Source of the DNA: Escherichia coli
Lineage (GTDB): Bacteria; Pseudomonadota; Gammaproteobacteria; Enterobacterales; Enterobacteriaceae
DNA: 64,000 bases
Assembly: GCF_044647545.1 (NCBI RefSeq)
Contig: NZ_CP172818.1
Direction: 5' to 3' (one strand)
A program made the translations under genes and the position numbers. The notes beneath the pieces are model-generated. The model ran no database searches and was not told the DNA's origin. It saw nothing but the letters and a program-made list of their open reading frames with translations. The stretch's first letter is position 1. Every line of letters starts with the position of its first letter. Positions 58,058-64,000 of this stretch are shown one piece after another.

Positions 58058-58612
58058 TTAATGTGCGGGAAGCCCGGCAAGTAATCTTTCCGCGTTTTTG
58101 TAATGTTGTTTGGCGGCCAGTTTTAACCATTTTTGAGATTCATAATGGTTAACATTAATACCTGAGCCATTTCTGTAGATCAAACCCAAAGTATATTGAG
58201 CATGAGCATACCCTTGTTCAGCTGCTTCCTTATACCAGAGAATTGCTTTACGGGTATCGGGTTTGACCCCCAGACCTTTGAGGTAGATCCACCCCAGTTT
58301 ACTTTGCGCGCGTGGATTTTCCTGTTCCGCTGATTGCTCATACCAGTATCTCGCCTGTGTATAATCCAGTGGTTTACCGTCGCTACCATGAAGATAAAAT
58401 TCTCCAAGGCGATATTGCGACGTTGAGTGACCATGAATCGCGGAAAGCTCCGTGGCTGCCGTGGTGAATGGAAGACTGCCCGGTGAGCTTAAATAATCAA
58501 AGGCATAATTCGCCATGGCTTTATCACGCAACGTCGTTTTCTTGGGTTGGCTAATACAGGTTATTGCTGCAACTATAAATATTGCGAATGTATACATTAA
58601 TTTTTTATTCAT
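58058..58612 (-). CDS. ybeT: Sel1-repeat protein with N-terminal signal/anchor sequence
   Basis: 184 aa; hydrophobic N-terminus [21 protein letters not shown] then Sel1-type repeats. Confidence 0.88.
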   Translation of the reverse strand: MNKKLMYTFAIFIVAAITCISQPKKTTLRDKAMANYAFDYLSSPGSLPFTTAATELSAIHGHSTSQYRLGEFYLHGSDGKPLDYTQARYWYEQSAEQENPRAQSKLGWIYLKGLGVKPDTRKAILWYKEAAEQGYAHAQYTLGLIYRNGSGINVNHYESQKWLKLAAKQHYKNAERLLAGLPAH

Positions 58613-58713
58613 GTGTGAATGCTTCGATTTTCTTTTTATTTTGAAAGCGTCAAGTTTATACTCATCAATAATAAAAAAGTAGTCAGTTAATGCACTTAAG
58701 GGATTATTAACAA

Positions 58714-59421
58714 ATGAATAAGGAAGAACAATATCTTCTTTTTGCGCTTTCTACGCCCATGGAAATACTTAATCAGGGTTGCAAGCCCGCGCATGACTCG
58801 CCAAAAATGTATACCGGGATAAAAGAATTCGATCTCTCATCATCCTGGGGAATAAATAATCGTGATGATTTAATTCAGACTATTTATCAGATGACCGATG
58901 ATGGTCATGCCAATGATTTAGCTGGCTTATATCTGACATGGCATCGCTCTTCCCCTGAAGAGTGGAAAGCATTAAATGCTGGTGGCTCGGAGAGAGGGTT
59001 GATTTATACCCAATTCGTTGCCCAAACCGCTATGTGTTGTGGGGAAGGGGGAATCAAAGCCTGGGATTATGTGCGGATGGGTTTTTTATCACGGGTTGGT
59101 GTGCTCAACAAGTGGCTGACGGAAGACGAGAGTTTATGGCTGCAATCGCGCGTCTATATACGAGCACACCATTACTATCACAGCTGGATGCACTATTTTT
59201 CCGCCTATTCGTTAGGGCGTCTCTACTGGCAATCTTCTCAGTGCGAAGACAACGCTTCGCTACGCGAGGCGCTAACCCTGTACAAATACGATAGCGCCGG
59301 GAGTCGGATGTTCGAAGAGCTGGCAGCGGGAAGCGACCGTTTCTATGCCACGCTTCCCTGGCAGCCATTAACTGTCCAGCCTGAATGCCCGGTAACGCTT
59401 AAGGATGTGAGCGACCTATGA
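58714..59421 (+). CDS. ybeU: DUF1266-family protein, paralog of YbeR
   Basis: 235 aa; stop overlaps djlC start (ATGA). Confidence 0.9.
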   Translation: MNKEEQYLLFALSTPMEILNQGCKPAHDSPKMYTGIKEFDLSSSWGINNRDDLIQTIYQMTDDGHANDLAGLYLTWHRSSPEEWKALNAGGSERGLIYTQFVAQTAMCCGEGGIKAWDYVRMGFLSRVGVLNKWLTEDESLWLQSRVYIRAHHYYHSWMHYFSAYSLGRLYWQSSQCEDNASLREALTLYKYDSAGSRMFEELAAGSDRFYATLPWQPLTVQPECPVTLKDVSDL

Positions 59422-60869
59422 AAACATGTTGGCAAATCCTCGAAATTGAAAGCACGACGCAAATAGACATTATCCGCCAGGCTTATCTTGTTCGCTTACC
59501 GTTGTGTCATCCCGAAACCGATCCGCAGGGGTTTAAAGCATTACGCCAGGCCTATGAAGAGGCGCTGCGACTGGCGGTAAATCCTGTCGAGGAGGCAGAT
59601 GATGAAGAAAAAGATGCCGCCGCTGAACATGAAATACTACGTGCATTCAGGGCATTACTGGATTCTGAAAGTGATCGTTTTCAGCCCTCCGCCTGGCAGA
59701 AATTTATTCAGCAATTAAATACCTGGAACATGGAGGATGTCGATCAATTACGCTGGCCGCTGTGTGCAGTCGCTATAGAAGCGCGATATCTTTCATTAAA
59801 TTGTGCTTCTTTGCTGGCAGAGCGTTTGAACTGGCATTCGTTTAATGACAGCGAAGGAATGGATGAGGAAGAAAGGGAGGCTTTTCTTGAGGCCATTCAG
59901 GCTGGTGATTGTTTCGATTTCCTTAGCCTTCTGGAATATCCCGTCGCGTTGCAGAACCAGACTGTTGAGTATTACTTCGCGCTGGAACGCTGCTGCCGTT
60001 ACCATCCTGACTATGTCACTGCGTTTATGGCAATGGAAGGTCCGTGGTTCATTCCTGATGATGTCAAGTTACATCGCAAACTGTTGCGCTGGTACAGCTC
60101 GGTGAAAACAGGTATGGCGGAACTTATTCCTGTTGCCCAACAGTGGCAAGCAGAAAATCCAGAAAGCGAAGATGCCCGTTATTACCAGTGTGCGCAACGG
60201 TTGTACTGTGGCGAGGGGGAAAGCCTGCTTGCCGATCTCTGCGCATACCGGGAGAGTTACCCATCTACACAAGCTGATAATTTGTTGTTGCAGTGGAGCA
60301 AGCGTCATTGCCCGGATTATTTCGCGTTATTAGTGATGGTTATCGAAGCGCGAAGCATGATAGATGCGCAAGGTCAACCGTTGAAATATGTTCCTGGTGA
60401 GAGCGCCCGGACGCGGCTGTTATGGGCGGAAATTTTACATAGCGGAAAATTATCGCCGTTAGGTCAATCGTTTATTGAGTCGTTATTCTTCAAGCGCAAA
60501 GCATGGGCATGGTGGAAATCGAGAGTCGGTAGCGAGACAGAACAAGATTCACCGTTACTGGATTTGTATCGGGTAGCGGAACAGGTTGTGCTGGAAGCGT
60601 TCCCGAAACAAGAGATGCTGGCCCGTCTTAATACAAGGCTGGAAGGTGGAGATGCTCATCCATTAGAGGCCATTATCACGCGGATGCTGTTGACGAAAGT
60701 GAAACTCGAGCCGGAGGATGAAGATGTCGATGAGCCAACACCTGAAAACCACGAAGAAAAAAATGATGAGGATGAAAAACCACAGAGCATTACCAGCATT
60801 ATCAAAATCAGCTTAACGGTGCTGGTGATAGGTTATGCTCTCGGAAAAATCGCGATGTTGTTTAGCTGA
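59418..60869 (+). CDS. djlC: J-domain-like co-chaperone of HscC with C-terminal membrane anchor
   Basis: 483 aa; N-terminal J-like region with HPETDP; acidic linker; C-terminal TM tail [17 protein letters not shown]. Confidence 0.92.
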   Translation: MKTCWQILEIESTTQIDIIRQAYLVRLPLCHPETDPQGFKALRQAYEEALRLAVNPVEEADDEEKDAAAEHEILRAFRALLDSESDRFQPSAWQKFIQQLNTWNMEDVDQLRWPLCAVAIEARYLSLNCASLLAERLNWHSFNDSEGMDEEEREAFLEAIQAGDCFDFLSLLEYPVALQNQTVEYYFALERCCRYHPDYVTAFMAMEGPWFIPDDVKLHRKLLRWYSSVKTGMAELIPVAQQWQAENPESEDARYYQCAQRLYCGEGESLLADLCAYRESYPSTQADNLLLQWSKRHCPDYFALLVMVIEARSMIDAQGQPLKYVPGESARTRLLWAEILHSGKLSPLGQSFIESLFFKRKAWAWWKSRVGSETEQDSPLLDLYRVAEQVVLEAFPKQEMLARLNTRLEGGDAHPLEAIITRMLLTKVKLEPEDEDVDEPTPENHEEKNDEDEKPQSITSIIKISLTVLVIGYALGKIAMLFS

Positions 60870-60884
60870 GGATGTGTTTTTTGC

Positions 60885-60925
60885 GCCGATGCCGGATGCA
60901 GCGTTTATGCCGCATCCGGCAGCCG
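60885..60925. repeat. REP (repetitive extragenic palindrome) element between convergent djlC and hscC
   Basis: gccggatgcagcgtttatgccgcatccggc matches the GCCGGATGCGGCG... REP consensus family. Confidence 0.6.
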
Positions 60926-60928
60926 TGT

Positions 60929-62599
60929 TTAAGGGATCTCAATAGCCAAATAATCGCTCGCCCGTCGCCGAACTTCATCGACGCGGGCCATATCGTTTGA
61001 CTGCAACGCCGCATCAAAATCGGTGATCACCCGGCCGATCTCTTCTCGCTCGTCACCCAGCGCCCGCGCCCACAACTCTTCCAGTTTGGCCTTAAAGGTG
61101 CGGTTGATGAGCATATCGCGCGGATAAATTTTCAATGCGGATAACCGCGTCCGACTCTCTTCAATCTGCTGTGCGCTCAATGTTACAGGACTGTGATTAA
61201 TGACTCTGGACTTAACGCTGCCGTCTTCCAGAAGCACGTCAACTTCAAGCAACCCGTTGATATCATAACTAAAGCGAATATCAATCGACTGATAAGCCCC
61301 GGTTTTCTTCAACGGCACATCGAAGGATTCCACCAGAATGTTATTTTTAACTTTGTGGTTTTCTCCCTGATAGACGTTAACCGTAATTGAATCCTGTTCC
61401 CGGTGCATGGTCGAGTAAGTTTCTACACGCGACACCGGTACAGTGGTGTTTCGTTCAATAATCGGCGAGAAAATGCCGGAAACGCCCTGGCGGTTAACTT
61501 CAACACCCAACGAGTAAGGGCAAATATCAGTGAGGATCACCTCTTCAATATCTTCACTGCGTAAGCGGCAGGCGGCCTGGATTGCTGCGCCCAGCGCGAC
61601 AATGGTGCTCGGATCGTAACTTTGATACGGTAATTTGCCAAACAGACGCACGGCGATTCGCTGCACCAGCGGCATTTGTGATGCGCCGCCAACCAGCACC
61701 AGACTGTCGATTTGACTTGGCTTCAGACGTGCATCGCGCAACGCCTGTTCAATCGGTACTCGCAAGCGATTGAGCAGCGGCAACCACAAATCTTCCAGTT
61801 CGTTCTCGTAAAATTCGCACTCACGCGTTTCTTCCTGACACTGCCAGCTAATTTGCAGCGGTAATTGATTGCTGCATTTTGCCGCTTCCACGCTGGTGTA
61901 CAGGGCTGCCAGCTCACTTTCGTTGAGCATGTTTTTAGCCACTGCGGCGCGTTTTAAAACTTCATCCACCAGCATATGAGTAAAATCTTCGCCGCCAAGA
62001 AAGTTGTCGCCAGCGGAGGCGTGAACTTCAATCACCGGCGTGGCGTATTCGAGCACCGTGACGTCAAACGTGCCGCCACCGAGATCAAAAACCAGCGAGC
62101 GGGTATTTTGTTGCGTATGCAGGCCATATGCCATCGCAGCTGCTGTGGGTTCATTAATTAAGCGTACCGCATTTAACCCGGCTAACTCCGCTGCTAAACG
62201 GGTATGCTTGCGTTGTTCATCGCTGAAATAAGCCGGAACGGAGATCACCACATCTTTAATCGGACGTTGCAGAAATTCTTCGGCATCTTCTTTTAATGAG
62301 CGTAATACCAAAGAGGACAGTTCTGGCGCGTTAAATGTGTCGCTGCCTAACCGCCAGTTGGTATTACTGCCCATTGCACGTTTAAATAACGCTGCCGTTT
62401 TATCCGGATGCGAAGTACGCCGTGATACAGCCGGTTTTCCGACTAAAATATGATTATTTTCATCCATGCTAATTATGGATGGTGTTAAATATTCACCGAA
62501 CTTATTTGGAATTAATTGCGCGGCACCGTCTTTCCAGACGGCAATTAAACTATTGGTAGTACCGAGATCGATACCAATGGCGAGTTCTGCATTATCCAT
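60929..62599 (-). CDS. hscC: Specialised Hsp70-family chaperone (Hsc62)
   Basis: 556 aa; Hsp70 ATPase motifs IDLGTTNS and DLGGGTFD; shorter C-terminus than DnaK. Confidence 0.95.
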   Translation of the reverse strand: MDNAELAIGIDLGTTNSLIAVWKDGAAQLIPNKFGEYLTPSIISMDENNHILVGKPAVSRRTSHPDKTAALFKRAMGSNTNWRLGSDTFNAPELSSLVLRSLKEDAEEFLQRPIKDVVISVPAYFSDEQRKHTRLAAELAGLNAVRLINEPTAAAMAYGLHTQQNTRSLVFDLGGGTFDVTVLEYATPVIEVHASAGDNFLGGEDFTHMLVDEVLKRAAVAKNMLNESELAALYTSVEAAKCSNQLPLQISWQCQEETRECEFYENELEDLWLPLLNRLRVPIEQALRDARLKPSQIDSLVLVGGASQMPLVQRIAVRLFGKLPYQSYDPSTIVALGAAIQAACRLRSEDIEEVILTDICPYSLGVEVNRQGVSGIFSPIIERNTTVPVSRVETYSTMHREQDSITVNVYQGENHKVKNNILVESFDVPLKKTGAYQSIDIRFSYDINGLLEVDVLLEDGSVKSRVINHSPVTLSAQQIEESRTRLSALKIYPRDMLINRTFKAKLEELWARALGDEREEIGRVITDFDAALQSNDMARVDEVRRRASDYLAIEIP

Positions 62600-62682
62600 T
62601 GCATTTATATCTTGAAAGAAAAAGAGATAAACAGATTAAGACCACCCAGGTAACGCGTGGTGATCTTAATCAATGACGTGTG

Positions 62683-63618
62683 TTAAGCGTAAAATTTCAG
62701 ACGATCGGCCAGTAAATCAACAAAGCCCTGACGATCAACATCGACCATTACAGTGGCATTCGGTTTATTGCCAGTCAGATAATAATAATCAACAACCGTC
62801 ATACCCTGGGTATATTTCCCTTGTGTTTCCACGCCAACCCAGCGCTCAACAGTGGTAAACAACTCCGGTTTTAACAGCCAGGCGATGGTGCATGGGTCAT
62901 GCAGCGGTGCGCCGACAAAGCCCCATTTTTCGTCTTTATGATATTCGAGGAAGAAATCCAGCAGTTCGGCAACAATGGTTGAAACAGGGTTGCCAATCGC
63001 GCGGAAACGCTCAGTGTCTTCAACGTGGATTTGTGCTTTGTGAGTAACATCCAGACCGGCCATCACCACCGGAATTCCTGACTGGAAGACAATTTCTGCC
63101 GCTTCCGGGTCAACGTAAATATTAAATTCAGCCGCAGGCGTCCAGTTACCAAGCCCCATTGCGCCGCCCATAATCACGATACGGGCAATTTTGCTATGCA
63201 GTTCCGGGTGGCTATTGAGCAGCAAGGCAACGTTCGTTTGCGGTCCGGTAGAAACAATGGTGACAGGTTCCGCACTTTCACGCAGCGTTTTCGCCATCAG
63301 CTCCACCGCCGTACAGTTTTGCGGTGCGAACGTCGGTTCCGGTAATGCAGGGCCGTCGAGACCGCTTTCGCCGTGCACATTGTCCGCGATAATCAAATCA
63401 CGCATTAATGGTTTTACCGCACCGCTTGCTACCGGAATATCGGTGCGATTAAGCAAGGTCAGCATACGCAGAACATTGCGTAAGGTTTTTTCTGGTGTCT
63501 GGTTTCCGGCGGAAGACGTAATTGCTTTGACATCAAGCTCTGGTGAGGCGAGGGCGAGAACGATTGCGATAGCGTCATCATGACCAGGGTCGCAATCTAA
63601 CAGAATTGGCAGTGCCAT
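62683..63618 (-). CDS. rihA: Pyrimidine-specific ribonucleoside hydrolase
   Basis: 311 aa from ATG at 63618; nucleoside hydrolase motif DCDPGHDD. Confidence 0.93.
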   Translation of the reverse strand: MALPILLDCDPGHDDAIAIVLALASPELDVKAITSSAGNQTPEKTLRNVLRMLTLLNRTDIPVASGAVKPLMRDLIIADNVHGESGLDGPALPEPTFAPQNCTAVELMAKTLRESAEPVTIVSTGPQTNVALLLNSHPELHSKIARIVIMGGAMGLGNWTPAAEFNIYVDPEAAEIVFQSGIPVVMAGLDVTHKAQIHVEDTERFRAIGNPVSTIVAELLDFFLEYHKDEKWGFVGAPLHDPCTIAWLLKPELFTTVERWVGVETQGKYTQGMTVVDYYYLTGNKPNATVMVDVDRQGFVDLLADRLKFYA

Positions 63619-63735
63619 TGTTGCTCCTTGTTGTGTGCTTCTTTGCGACAAGGGTACCGCCAGGATGTAACAGATACGAGGAGCGAAACGATAAAGCGTG
63701 AGATGGCGCGCACTTGGGTATGCGCGCCAGAGTGA

Positions 63736-64000
63736 TTAATGCAGGATTTTTGCGAGGAAGTCTTTTGCGCGGTCCGATTTCGGATCATCGAAGAAAGCGT
63801 CTTTCGGCGAGTCTTCGACAATTTTACCCTCGTCCATAAAGATCACCCGATTCGCCACTTTACGGGCAAAGCCCATTTCGTGGGTCACCACCATCATGGT
63901 CATTCCTTCGTTCGCCAGTTCCACCATCACGTCCAGCACTTCGTTGATCATCTCCGGATCCAGCGCCGATGTCGGTTCGTCGAACAGCATCGCGATAGGA
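63736..64000 (-). CDS. gltL: Glutamate/aspartate ABC transporter ATP-binding protein, 3' portion only (5' end beyond window)
   Basis: C-terminal ABC ATPase region: Walker [11 protein letters not shown] and H-loop VVTHEM; frame open to window edge. Confidence 0.85.
   Translation of the reverse strand, partial: PIAMLFDEPTSALDPEMINEVLDVMVELANEGMTMMVVTHEMGFARKVANRVIFMDEGKIVEDSPKDAFFDDPKSDRAKDFLAKILH

Noticed and set aside
62600-62682. Possible terminator hairpin between hscC start and rihA stop
   Set aside because: Only a short imperfect accacc/ggtggt pairing with no U-tract; too weak to call.

Overview
This window reads as a contiguous, syntenic stretch of an Escherichia coli (K-12-like) chromosome, running from the 3' end of fepE to the 3' end of gltL. 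It is almost entirely protein-coding: 64 CDS were called (2 truncated by the window edges), with no rRNA, tRNA, CRISPR array, IS element or prophage detected. Gene calls rest on ORF length, protein motifs visible in the translations, and gene order; many ORF-track starts are upstream GTG/TTG extensions and were trimmed to the ATG that gives the expected product. Main blocks, in order: enterobactin transport and synthesis (fepE, fepCGD, entS, fepB, entCEBAH) with Fur boxes in the two divergent promoters; cstA-ybdD; ybdH, ybdL; the ybdM-ybdN pair with the LysR regulator ybdO; dsbG and ahpCF; uspG, rnk, rna; the citrate-fermentation locus citCDEFXG-citT with divergent dpiBA; dcuC, pagP, cspE, crcB, ybeM, tatE, lipA, ybeF, lipB, ybeD; a cell-wall and ribosome cluster (dacA, rlpA, mrdB, mrdA, rlmH, rsfS); cobC-nadD-holA-lptE-leuS; and finally ybeL, ybeQ, ybeR-djlB, ybeT, ybeU-djlC, hscC, rihA, gltL. 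The best candidates for an under-described system are (1) the hscC neighbourhood, where a Sel1-repeat gene / DUF1266 gene / tail-anchored J-like gene module is present twice next to a single specialised Hsp70, with both J-like proteins carrying HPE instead of the canonical HPD; and (2) the overlapping ybdM (ParB/Srx-like) and ybdN (PP-loop ATPase-like) pair. Family names such as DUF1266, DUF466 and Sel1 are from memory, not from a search; no database or folding computation was run.
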